DNA of 25,518 bases from a virus. Lineage: Duplodnaviria; Caudoviricetes. The notes beneath the pieces are model-generated. The model was not told the DNA's origin, made no database searches, and saw only the letters and a list, made by a program, of their open reading frames with translations. Location: positions 1 through 25,518 of IMG/VR virus record IMGVR_UViG_3300033076_000483. One strand, written 5' to 3'. Of the stretch, positions 15,713 through 24,292 are shown one piece after another (position 1 is the first letter of the stretch; the number at the start of each line of letters is the position of its first letter). The translations under genes were made by a program, and so were the position numbers.

Positions 15713-16037
15713 TTTTCTTCTCCGCTGTTGGTTCGATATATTCAGGTTCAAATGGTGGTGCTCTGTGATTAATCACATTCATAATGCTCGTTTTAATGGC
15801 ATACAATGGGAAGAATACAATTGCTAATGATACGGCCAAGAATACACCAAATGCAATAAACATTTTAACATAAAGAACCATTGTCACTTCAAGTAAGAAG
15901 TTCCAGAATCCTTTTACACCAAAGTCATTATCTCTATCACCTTCACAACCTTCACGGATATGTTTCGTAAACATTTCATCCATTGTGCGTGAATTGAAAA
16001 TCAAAATATCAATTAATCCACGGTATAATTTAATCAT
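15705..16037 (-). CDS. Hypothetical membrane protein
   Basis: 110 aa with a hydrophobic core; SD AAGGA. Confidence 0.65.
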   Translation of the reverse strand: MIKLYRGLIDILIFNSRTMDEMFTKHIREGCEGDRDNDFGVKGFWNFLLEVTMVLYVKMFIAFGVFLAVSLAIVFFPLYAIKTSIMNVINHRAPPFEPEYIEPTAEKKNG

Positions 16038-16046
16038 ATATTTCCT

Positions 16047-16547
16047 TTAACGGTATGTTGCCTGTAAAACTACCGCATTAGGTTTACTAATTGCAGCAGC
16101 ACGCTTATCTTTATATTCTTGATTATCCACGTCCAGCAGTTTGACAGAACTGACAGGTCGAAACTCGTGCTCCTTAACGGAGACCTCCTTTGTTTCATTT
16201 ACAATCTTGGTTTCTTCCACACGGCGTTCATTCCATAGTTGTTTGCATTTCAACATAGGATATTCCGCAACTGACAAACAATCTTCCATGAATTGTTGTT
16301 CTTCGGTGACAACCTTGGCTTCTTTGACTTCGGGTACCGATTGTTGGGTTTCTTCTTTAACAACTTCTGGTTGTTTCTCTGATGGTGCAGAAACAAATAG
16401 TAATGCAACTGCAATTAATCCTGCACCTGGAAGAATTACATGCCAATACATTCCAATGACAACTGCTGCCGCTACGAATAGAACAGCAAGAATCAACATT
16501 GAATGTGTGATGCCAACACCTGATAGAGCGGTCATAGCTGGAGACAT
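16047..16547 (-). CDS. Membrane protein with two N-terminal TM segments
   Basis: Start moved to ATG 16547 (SD AAGGAG); two hydrophobic helices followed by a charged domain containing a Cys pair. Confidence 0.7.
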   Translation of the reverse strand: MSPAMTALSGVGITHSMLILAVLFVAAAVVIGMYWHVILPGAGLIAVALLFVSAPSEKQPEVVKEETQQSVPEVKEAKVVTEEQQFMEDCLSVAEYPMLKCKQLWNERRVEETKIVNETKEVSVKEHEFRPVSSVKLLDVDNQEYKDKRAAAISKPNAVVLQATYR

Positions 16548-16548
16548 A

Positions 16549-16794
16549 TTATTCTCCTTTTTGGTTGTGTTGGCCGTAAGGGTCACAATGCACCTCGACA
16601 GGTACAAGAACCACACCATGCTCTGTTTTTTGTGACAGATATTGAACCGTTGGTTTCATACGGCCATTGATACAGTCACGAGCACCACGAATAACGGCAG
16701 GACGATCCAGTGCTTTTGGGCCATCATAACCTGGAATTTTAGAGGTGCCACAGGCCGTAAGGCCGAGCAAGGCAAGTAAAACAAGATATTTCAT
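16549..16794 (-). CDS. Putative lipoprotein
   Basis: MKYLVLLALLGLTAC lipobox; ATG at 16794. Confidence 0.75.
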   Translation of the reverse strand: MKYLVLLALLGLTACGTSKIPGYDGPKALDRPAVIRGARDCINGRMKPTVQYLSQKTEHGVVLVPVEVHCDPYGQHNQKGE

Positions 16795-16822
16795 AACAAA
16801 GTCCTTCACAAAGATGGAAAGG

Positions 16823-16850
16823 ATTATATCAAAATCGGAGGTTCTGGCAA
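16823..16850 (-). promoter_or_regulatory. Phage early-type promoter TTGCCA-N16-TATAAT with extended -10
   Basis: TTGCCA gaacctccgatttTGa TATAAT. Confidence 0.7.
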
Positions 16851-16853
16851 GTA

Positions 16854-17036
16854 CTACTTATTTCTTAATAACCAGATGTTCGCCATCACAATGGCCAGTG
16901 CAATACCGGCACTTAAATGGTGTCCCAGTAACAGTTGGTCTAGGAAATCGCATAGGAAGTATCCTATGAAGAACCAGATACTATACTCAGACCTCATCCA
17001 CTCTTTAATTTTTTCCCACATTTTTAATCCTATCAA
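16854..17036 (-). CDS. Small membrane protein
   Basis: About 55-60 aa with two hydrophobic segments. Confidence 0.55.
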   Translation of the reverse strand: MIGLKMWEKIKEWMRSEYSIWFFIGYFLCDFLDQLLLGHHLSAGIALAIVMANIWLLRNK

Positions 17037-17241
17037 TTATTGCATTGGCTTCGTCAAAGTCTTCCAACTCTACGCATTCCTGCAATTCAATTTGTTCCAC
17101 CATCATTTCTGATTTTGCCCTACGGATCAATTCTAGTGCATAGTCAACATCATCAGGTGTTGCAGTTTCCATCCATGCATCAAATTCATCCTGAGGGCAA
17201 TTCATCAGAAATTTTAGATTGTCACGGTCGTGTTGGTTCAT
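17005..17241 (-). CDS. Hypothetical protein
   Basis: 78-aa acidic helical ORF, coupled to its neighbours. Confidence 0.65.
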   Translation of the reverse strand: MNQHDRDNLKFLMNCPQDEFDAWMETATPDDVDYALELIRRAKSEMMVEQIELQECVELEDFDEANAIIDRIKNVGKN

Positions 17242-17441
17242 TTCTTGGTATCAAGTCCAGTTCGTGTCAATGATGCAACAAGAACCTGTAAACCCCAAGC
17301 CTGCAACCATGAAATTTCGTTCAGACCAATAACAGCAGGAACTAAACAAGCATTCCATAGTAACCAAGTTGGTACTGACAGTAAAAGGCCAAGAAAAATA
17401 ATCAGGCCAATTACACCACAAATTTTAAAGATAATATCCAT
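17238..17441 (-). CDS. Small membrane protein
   Basis: 67 aa, hydrophobic, LWN...P...GL.EISWLQA.GL pattern. Confidence 0.7.
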   Translation of the reverse strand: MDIIFKICGVIGLIIFLGLLLSVPTWLLWNACLVPAVIGLNEISWLQAWGLQVLVASLTRTGLDTKK

Positions 17442-17758
17442 TATACAGTCTCAGCTTCTTGTGTTGTTTGTGTTGCAACTGGTGCAGGTGTTTGTTTGCC
17501 AACATAACGACCATTTGCATCAAACTCGGTGTAGTTCACCAATTGATAGGCTTGAACCTTGCGTCCATCCTTAATAACTTTAACGATACCACCATCTTTA
17601 CGAATGTTGTAAATGTTGGTGCTCAAACGATACATTACCTTCTCTTGGTCCGTACCTTTGAATACAGCCTGAATCTCATCAGGTGTAACAGGTTTGCCAG
17701 ACAACAAGGTGACAGCAACTTTTTCGTGACGGTTAGGTTTACCAGTATGTTTACTCAT
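17441..17758 (-). CDS. Putative winged-helix DNA-binding protein
   Basis: Start moved to ATG 17758 (SD AAGGA). LLSGKPVT.DEI....RLSTNIYNIRKDG.I followed by a beta-hairpin fits a wHTH pattern. Confidence 0.55.
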   Translation of the reverse strand: MSKHTGKPNRHEKVAVTLLSGKPVTPDEIQAVFKGTDQEKVMYRLSTNIYNIRKDGGIVKVIKDGRKVQAYQLVNYTEFDANGRYVGKQTPAPVATQTTQEAETV

Positions 17759-17877
17759 AATATATTTCCTTTCAGGGATTTCCAAATAACAAATTGTAGG
17801 CGGCTTCAAATTGAACCTGCTGTTGCGCCAACTCAGCAGGTGTTGGGTTATTGATTCGGCGAGTTAAACCCGCCCAA

Positions 17878-19026
17878 TCAAAAGGGAATTTCAGCTTCAA
17901 GTGTAGACACTACTTCTGGTTTCTCAGGTGGTGCTGGTGGAGGATTCACCTTCGCATCAACTTTAGAATATAAATCCATGAATGCTTCTTTTGTTTCATC
18001 ATCAAAACGAGCCACACACAACTTGATAGCCTTCATTCTATCTTTGAAAATAGAATATGCCTTTGCAATGTGAACTAAACGGCGTGTAGAGATAATTTCA
18101 TCAACAGCACCTTGTTCATGTGTTTGTCTTACGATATCTGCCCATTGTGTCAGACACTCAACAAAATCTTTATCAGCAATCAATGGTGTGAGAATCTTCT
18201 TCTCAGTCTTGATATCAGGATATTCCTGTTCAACAGTAATTGGGAAACGTTCCAAGAACGCATCGTCCAAAATCTGTGACAGATACTTACCTTCTTCACT
18301 ACCACGACCTTTGGTGTTTGCAGTAGCAATCACGTTGAAACCTTCTTTTGGTTTAACCAACTCACCAGATTTTTTGTTGAAGTGTGGTTTGCCTTCTAGA
18401 ATACCTTGCAAACACATTAGTTTGTTAGAACCACGGTCAACTTCGTCAATCAATAGAACGGCACCACGTTTCATCGCAGTAATAACAGGACCATCACGAT
18501 TAACAACATTACCATTAACAAGTGTAGGCCCACCAAGTAAATCAGTTTCGTCAGTTTCAATAGAAACGTTGACTCGGATACATTCACGGCCCAACGTAGC
18601 ACATACTTGCTCAACCATTAGGGTTTTCCCGTTTCCAGATAGACCAGTAATAAACACAGGGTAAAATTCACCAGAATTAATAATGTTTGAAAGGTCTTTG
18701 TAAAAACCAAATGGGACATAATCTTTATACTTTACAGGGATTGATACATCAGAATCATCAACGAGTTTTGGTTGACGGAACTCTAGCACTTGAGCAGCCA
18801 ATGCAACTTCCATTTCAGGTTCTTTAGTTGCAGTATCGGTGCCAATATTTGGCAGTTTGTATTGACCACGACCTGCACGGTATTCCGACTTGGTTGTGAA
18901 CCAATATGGAAAAGATAGTTTGTTTATATTGACAACTATCTCAATTTCTTCACGGGTCAAAATAGAGCCAACGCCAAATGCTTTTTCAGCAGCTCTGACA
19001 AAGGCCAATTGGTTTCTATTCAGCAT
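17878..19026 (-). CDS. cobS: MoxR/CobS-like AAA+ ATPase
   Basis: GLSGNGKT, ETDETDLLGG, DGPV..AMKRGAVLLIDEVD, GFNVIATANTKG.G, AFLERF and ISTRRL. Confidence 0.88.
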   Translation of the reverse strand: MLNRNQLAFVRAAEKAFGVGSILTREEIEIVVNINKLSFPYWFTTKSEYRAGRGQYKLPNIGTDTATKEPEMEVALAAQVLEFRQPKLVDDSDVSIPVKYKDYVPFGFYKDLSNIINSGEFYPVFITGLSGNGKTLMVEQVCATLGRECIRVNVSIETDETDLLGGPTLVNGNVVNRDGPVITAMKRGAVLLIDEVDRGSNKLMCLQGILEGKPHFNKKSGELVKPKEGFNVIATANTKGRGSEEGKYLSQILDDAFLERFPITVEQEYPDIKTEKKILTPLIADKDFVECLTQWADIVRQTHEQGAVDEIISTRRLVHIAKAYSIFKDRMKAIKLCVARFDDETKEAFMDLYSKVDAKVNPPPAPPEKPEVVSTLEAEIPF

Positions 19027-19285
19027 CTTTCCAACTTTCAGTTTGTTTGAATGATTTTTCTTGCACGGTTAATTTATCTTTTTGTGTCTTACGTGGGTTG
19101 CCACACATTCCACATTCTGGATTACCGCAATCCATGGCGTGGTGTTTTGCAAACTTATGTGGTTCACGTTCTACTTCTTTACGATCCATGCCATGTTGAA
19201 TGGCAATCTTTTGTTGTTTCTTAATTGCAGCTTCTTCTGCATGAAGGCGTTTACTACGCTTGTCCTTCTGTTCTTGGTCGCTCAT
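19016..19285 (-). CDS. Hypothetical basic protein with a Cys cluster
   Basis: HHAMDCGNPECGMCGNPRK motif. Confidence 0.7.
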   Translation of the reverse strand: MSDQEQKDKRSKRLHAEEAAIKKQQKIAIQHGMDRKEVEREPHKFAKHHAMDCGNPECGMCGNPRKTQKDKLTVQEKSFKQTESWKDAE

Positions 19286-19496
19286 CTTTTTTCTCCCAGA
19301 GTTTACCCTTCATACCACATGCACTAAAGAATCCACGTTCACGTTCATCACGACAATTAGAACCATGAAATGTTGCATGAGCTAGTGCCCAAGAATCTTT
19401 TGAATTGACTATTGGATTTTTACAACGCAAATTCCAATTGGATGATTCTTCTGGTTCAGACCACTTACAGTCTTTACAAAACTTAGGTGTTTTCAT
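19254..19496 (-). CDS. Hypothetical Cys-rich protein
   Basis: CKDCKW...C...C...CG..GK.WE pattern. Confidence 0.7.
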   Translation of the reverse strand: MKTPKFCKDCKWSEPEESSNWNLRCKNPIVNSKDSWALAHATFHGSNCRDERERGFFSACGMKGKLWEKKDERPRTEGQA

Positions 19497-19737
19497 GGTC
19501 TACCTTAAATTCTTCAATAACTTCTTTGGCTGTGATATCAGGTTGTTGCTTACACATAACATACGTATCACTTAAAATATATAGAGCAAAGTCCCACAAT
19601 TCATATGGCGTGAACATATAGTAACCGTTAGGGTCTCTAACGGCACCAGCTTCTTTCGCATACTCATCAAGGATAGGATAAGGTGTTTGTGCTAACACCC
19701 TATCGTTTTGCTTCTTCTTGAAAAAGTTAAACATCAA
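19483..19737 (-). CDS. Hypothetical protein
   Basis: 84 aa, coupled to its neighbours. Confidence 0.6.
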   Translation of the reverse strand: MMFNFFKKKQNDRVLAQTPYPILDEYAKEAGAVRDPNGYYMFTPYELWDFALYILSDTYVMCKQQPDITAKEVIEEFKVDHENT

Positions 19738-20852
19738 AATGCATCAAAGTTGTAGGTACGTTCTTTGATACGTGACAGAATCACGGTGATTCCACCTTTC
19801 TCAAAGATAAACTTACCTGATTTAGAATCAAACTTCACCAAGTCACCTGCGGCAAAATCTTCATCAATCCAACCATACTTAACGTCATCTTCTGTTGTTT
19901 CTACCTCATCAGCAGTCATCAAGGTGAGTTCATCTGGTTCAGATTTACCTTTTGGTGCCTTGAAATACATATTCAAACCAATTTCATCATTGGCCAAAGG
20001 TGTACCAGTCCAAACGGATGGGCTTGTGCGTTCTGCCTTTTCATCACCACGGAACACTTCAACGTTGTATGATGTACCAGTGTCAAACTCTGCCTTCACG
20101 TTAAGGATGGACAATGCCTGAGCAGGTGATTCATCGTAACGGTTCATTTCTTCAACAGTTGCCTTCAACATATCAAAGTTAAAGGCCGAGAATACAGAGG
20201 CAATGGATGCCAACTTATCAATGTGTGACTTATTGATAAGGTTATCTTCCGCATATTCACGGATGAAATCTTCATCCAAACCACGAAATGCCAAGTAGTA
20301 GAAGATACGACCGGGACGGTTACGCATATGGGAATCCACACGCCACTTATCGTTACATGTCAACAGAAACAATTTCTTGCTAGAGAAGATACCGTCCAAC
20401 AATGTAAGCATATGCTCTTGTTGTTCACGGTCATACACCTTTTCAAACTCATCAAACAACACAACACATGGTTGTTCAATGGATTGAATTAGTGTATTGA
20501 ATTTATCGCCATGCCATGGCTGGTTGATAACAATAGTTGGCACACCAACTTTGGCAAGGTCAATACAGATATTCTTGCTCAACATGGTTTTACCAGAACC
20601 CTTTTCACCAGTCAACAGAACACCGGTTGACTTATCACGGTTCATAAAGGTTTGGATGATACGGTCAGTTTTTGCCTGAACGTCACCATACATTTTCTTA
20701 GGTGAATCAAAAGAATCAATGTGTTCAATGTATAGATTTTCATGTGGGTCCATCTTAACCACATAATTACCAGCAGGCAACTTATCATGTAAGTCCATTG
20801 CCTCTTTGGTAGATACACGGTAAGTGTTACCATTCTTCAAAAAATATGTCAT
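19734..20852 (-). CDS. AAA+ ATPase
   Basis: GVLLTGEKGSGKT, VLFDEFEK, LLTCN and NRPGRI; start moved to ATG 20852. Confidence 0.9.
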   Translation of the reverse strand: MTYFLKNGNTYRVSTKEAMDLHDKLPAGNYVVKMDPHENLYIEHIDSFDSPKKMYGDVQAKTDRIIQTFMNRDKSTGVLLTGEKGSGKTMLSKNICIDLAKVGVPTIVINQPWHGDKFNTLIQSIEQPCVVLFDEFEKVYDREQQEHMLTLLDGIFSSKKLFLLTCNDKWRVDSHMRNRPGRIFYYLAFRGLDEDFIREYAEDNLINKSHIDKLASIASVFSAFNFDMLKATVEEMNRYDESPAQALSILNVKAEFDTGTSYNVEVFRGDEKAERTSPSVWTGTPLANDEIGLNMYFKAPKGKSEPDELTLMTADEVETTEDDVKYGWIDEDFAAGDLVKFDSKSGKFIFEKGGITVILSRIKERTYNFDAF

Positions 20853-20880
20853 TACAAAACTTTCAATCAATCAAAACATT

Positions 20881-20909
20881 ATTATAACATGCCATCACGA
20901 GGATGGCAA
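20881..20909 (-). promoter_or_regulatory. Phage early-type promoter TTGCCA-N17-TATAAT with an overlapping inverted repeat
   Basis: TTGCCA tcctcgtgatggcaTGt TATAAT; contains TGCCATC-N5-GATGGCA. Confidence 0.75.
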
Positions 20910-20916
20910 GCCATTT

Positions 20917-21702
20917 TTAACCAAAATTGGTAACAAAGGTATCTTGTTCTTGGTTCCAAGAGTTGGCATTGTCCTGCACTGGTGCAGTAAATTCTACCGC
21001 ATCTTCAGGATTTACACCAACTTCACCAATCACTTCATAACGGCAGGCACGACCCTTGCTGTTGTTGTAATCGGTAGGAATGGACACAACATCACGTGGG
21101 TTGATTTTAAGAATCATCACACGGTTACCACCAAAGTGGTTCAAGTAACCTTCTGAACAGAAGTGCAAACCAGCGGAGCAAGTTTGGTTCTGGTCATCGT
21201 TAACTTGGTTGCGTTCCATCTCCACAATTTTACCAACAGAGTTGTCCATTGTACCAGAGTAAACATCCTTGTAGTCATCACGGACTTTCTTGTATGCAAG
21301 GAAGTGGCCATCTGGTGTGATTGGCAGGTTATTCTTTTCCAAGAAACCATACAATTCATTTACAGAACGATATGATGGGTTTTGCATCATGTTTTCCATG
21401 AAAAGAACCAATGGTTCAATTGGGAATTCATCTTGCAACATTTGCACCATACGCTTAACGATGGCACCATGCATTTCGTTGCCTTTCCAGAACAACTTTT
21501 CACCTTGAATGGCCACGTTACCGTTACCATAGTTCAACACAACTTTCTTAGGATCAATAATGTCCTCGACAGTTTGCCAATCATTGGCCTTAATCGCATC
21601 AACAACCTTCTGGTATGTGATGTGTGTCTTAGAAATTGTATGTGGTTTATTTTTGATAACGACCACAACGTTATTACCTTGAATCAAATACGGGAAACTC
21701 AT
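20917..21702 (-). CDS. rIIB: rIIB protein
   Basis: NPS...V.ELYGFL, PITPDGHFLAYKKV..DY.D, CS.GLH.CS..YL, and INP.DVVSIP.DYNN.KGR.CRYEV. Confidence 0.93.
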   Translation of the reverse strand: MSFPYLIQGNNVVVVIKNKPHTISKTHITYQKVVDAIKANDWQTVEDIIDPKKVVLNYGNGNVAIQGEKLFWKGNEMHGAIVKRMVQMLQDEFPIEPLVLFMENMMQNPSYRSVNELYGFLEKNNLPITPDGHFLAYKKVRDDYKDVYSGTMDNSVGKIVEMERNQVNDDQNQTCSAGLHFCSEGYLNHFGGNRVMILKINPRDVVSIPTDYNNSKGRACRYEVIGEVGVNPEDAVEFTAPVQDNANSWNQEQDTFVTNFG

Positions 21703-21833
21703 TTTACACCTTCATTTAGTTTACGAGCAATTTCAAATTGTTTGGCAGTTTCATCTTTCAACTTCTTTGCCAAACGTGTTATAAAAGTATTCACACGCTT
21801 GGTAGCGTCTTTTACTTCTTTATCTATATCCAT
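21699..21833 (-). CDS. Small hypothetical protein (44 aa) between rIIA and rIIB
   Basis: MDIDKEVKDATKRVNTFITRLAKKLKDETAKQFEIARKLNEGVK*. Starts just after the rIIA stop and its stop overlaps the rIIB ATG. Confidence 0.7.
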   Translation of the reverse strand: MDIDKEVKDATKRVNTFITRLAKKLKDETAKQFEIARKLNEGVK

Positions 21834-21835
21834 AA

Positions 21836-24016
21836 TCAAACACCCTTTACAGTATCAACCAAATCAATGTATTCTGCGATATGTTGTTCTTTTGCGTATG
21901 AATTAAATTTTGTTACCAATGGATAACGTTCAGAAAAATCACGCAACAAACCTTTGTATTTGGCAATCAAAGCAGCAAGGTCTTTGTCGGATTTGATAAC
22001 AAACATTTCCAAAAGATTCTTCAACGCACGATGGCCAGACAACTCAGGCAATCCTGTAATGTCTTTGAAGAATGCCTTTGCAGGACTCTTATCGTTGGTA
22101 ATTGTATCATACATTTTTTGGTAATTATACTCAAAAACAGCGTGCTTGTCAAGCGCAATCAACACATCGGACATTACCACTTTATCTTTGATACCATCCA
22201 AAACCTTGTCGATATAGGTTTCCACATTGACCCAGTTCTTTTTACCAAGAATGGTAGGCATATCACCTTTACGGACACCATAAACCTTCACATCAAGTTC
22301 AGGCATTTTGGTATTCTTCATTGTGGCAACCAAATGACTCACACTATGAGTGTATTTCATCTTGTCACTATATTGTGGTTCAAAACCTTTCAATGGAATG
22401 TAGTAGTGTGTTTTGGTATCATCGAACGAATCCAACTTACCAGCATCACGCCACACCAAATCTTTGGATGATGTATGCCAACTGGTACCACCACGTTCTT
22501 CTAAGGTCAGAATGGAAATATTCTTACCCATGCCTTTGCCATGGTTACGTTCACGTTCATCCATTGCAGAAACAACCATGCGTTGTTCTTCTGGTGGATT
22601 ATGAATGTGGTCGTAAAAACCTTTCAAGTCCATATCTTTGGTCTTGTCGATTTTATTCAACAAGATAACCTGGCGTGTCCATGTTTTTGGATCTTCATGG
22701 TTGCGGAAGTGTGCCTTAGCACGTTCGGTACAACCAATCTTAGTATCATTTGCAACAAAATAAACATCGTTACTAATGCCAAAATTGAAATATGATTCCA
22801 AAATATATTGTCCGTTGGCATCTTTTTTGTCAGTTCGTGCTGAACGAAACTTCATGTTTGTTGAACCACGTTCACCACGGCGATTAGTAAAACCACTCAA
22901 TGCAATATTGAATTTGGCTGCATCATTGCACATCAATTCAAAATCATACACACGACCCCATTGGTTGGCAGCATCAAACAACGGTGTGTTGTTCTTGCTA
23001 GCATAGTCTTTGACAGCGGCAACCCACAATGGATTGTTTTTACGGTCATACAAAAATGCCGAACGTTTCCAAGCATTAGTAATTGCATCAGCTTCTTGTG
23101 CCAATACAACAACCAAGGCATCTTTCAACGCAATCAATTTGTTTTTGATAGCGTCAATGGTTTGTGGAATGTAGGACAGACCTTCACGTGATGCTTGGAA
23201 GTCCAACTCACCGATGGCAAACTCCATCACAAGGCCAGTTTTCAACATAGAAAACAAATCATTGCCAAGGTTCTTGTCAGCATTAGGCACTTCAATTGGA
23301 TATGCAATGTTACCCATCACAGCAAGAGCTTTACCTGAATTAGAAACTTGGTGAACACCTGGAATGATATCAGTTTTTACATATTCAAAATCACGGATTT
23401 GAACTTCAGCACCAGTGAATTTTGGTTTCTGTTTGAACCAACGATACACCTTTGAAGCTTCATCTTCAAACTTACTGAAGTCCCAACGGTCATTCACGGA
23501 GAATTTAATCTCTACGCCAGCAGGTTCGGTTGTATCTTCTTCACCCATGAGAGCAATAGAAGGCACACCTTCACCATTAATGAAAGCGGAGTAAATACCT
23601 TTGTGACCATCTTTAATGGTTGTTACGGTGAAGTTATCCGTATAACTAAATGGAGACTTAGAACCAAGACCAAGGGCGCCAATGAAAGCATTGCTATTAG
23701 TCTTAGTGGACTCAAAATAGGTGGTGTAGATATTGGTGACTTGGTCATGGTTAAGTCCTGTACCAAAATCTCGGATAGAAAAATAGGGTTCTAGTGTAGT
23801 TGGCAGGTGAACCTCAAATGGTTGGTCATTACCTGCAGCGATATGTGAATCCAAGGCATTACATGAGAGCTCACGAATGATGGCCTTGATTTTGTTGGCA
23901 TACAAACCAGAAGATAGAATGTTGAATGCCTTAGCGGAATTACGAATACGGAACTCACCGATTTCGCCAACGTTGGACAATACAGCTTCTGCCTGTGGTG
24001 CGTTGTTTAGAATCAT
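21836..24016 (-). CDS. rIIA: rIIA protein (N-terminal GHKL ATPase domain)
   Basis: LY.NKI.AIIREL.CNA.D.H, IRDFGTGL, STK..SN..IG.LGLGSKSPF.Y and SRE.LSY; upstream of rIIB. Confidence 0.93.
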   Translation of the reverse strand: MILNNAPQAEAVLSNVGEIGEFRIRNSAKAFNILSSGLYANKIKAIIRELSCNALDSHIAAGNDQPFEVHLPTTLEPYFSIRDFGTGLNHDQVTNIYTTYFESTKTNSNAFIGALGLGSKSPFSYTDNFTVTTIKDGHKGIYSAFINGEGVPSIALMGEEDTTEPAGVEIKFSVNDRWDFSKFEDEASKVYRWFKQKPKFTGAEVQIRDFEYVKTDIIPGVHQVSNSGKALAVMGNIAYPIEVPNADKNLGNDLFSMLKTGLVMEFAIGELDFQASREGLSYIPQTIDAIKNKLIALKDALVVVLAQEADAITNAWKRSAFLYDRKNNPLWVAAVKDYASKNNTPLFDAANQWGRVYDFELMCNDAAKFNIALSGFTNRRGERGSTNMKFRSARTDKKDANGQYILESYFNFGISNDVYFVANDTKIGCTERAKAHFRNHEDPKTWTRQVILLNKIDKTKDMDLKGFYDHIHNPPEEQRMVVSAMDERERNHGKGMGKNISILTLEERGGTSWHTSSKDLVWRDAGKLDSFDDTKTHYYIPLKGFEPQYSDKMKYTHSVSHLVATMKNTKMPELDVKVYGVRKGDMPTILGKKNWVNVETYIDKVLDGIKDKVVMSDVLIALDKHAVFEYNYQKMYDTITNDKSPAKAFFKDITGLPELSGHRALKNLLEMFVIKSDKDLAALIAKYKGLLRDFSERYPLVTKFNSYAKEQHIAEYIDLVDTVKGV

Positions 24017-24050
24017 TACAAATGCCTTTTATCAATCAATCAAAACACTA

Positions 24051-24101
24051 ATTATACCAGAGTTTGTGGTACCTGGCAACCATTGTTGCAGGAATACAAC
24101 A
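24051..24101 (-). promoter_or_regulatory. Phage early-type promoter with an upstream palindrome
   Basis: TGTTGTA-ttcc-TGCAACA (24101-24084), then TTGCCA-N17-TATAAT with TGg extended -10. Confidence 0.75.
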
Positions 24102-24109
24102 GTAATACT

Positions 24110-24292
24110 TTAGTAGTAAAAAATAGGGACCTCACGGTCAACTTCCACCCATCCATCTTGCCATCGTTGCACGCTGATATAGAATGACAACCAGTATTTG
24201 TAGGATTCGACCTGGGTAGGTAACCATGCAAATCTGGTCACTCTACGTCTGTTGCCGATTTTAGGGATTGGTTTGGGGCTTTTCCAACGCAT
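24110..24292 (-). CDS. Hypothetical protein
   Basis: 60 aa, Trp-rich, FAWLP pattern. Confidence 0.6.
   Translation of the reverse strand: MRWKSPKPIPKIGNRRRVTRFAWLPTQVESYKYWLSFYISVQRWQDGWVEVDREVPIFYY

Noticed and set aside
16047-16794. i-spanin/o-spanin pair
   Set aside because: The gene order is reversed (lipoprotein first), the membrane protein has two TM segments, and the promoter is early-type.
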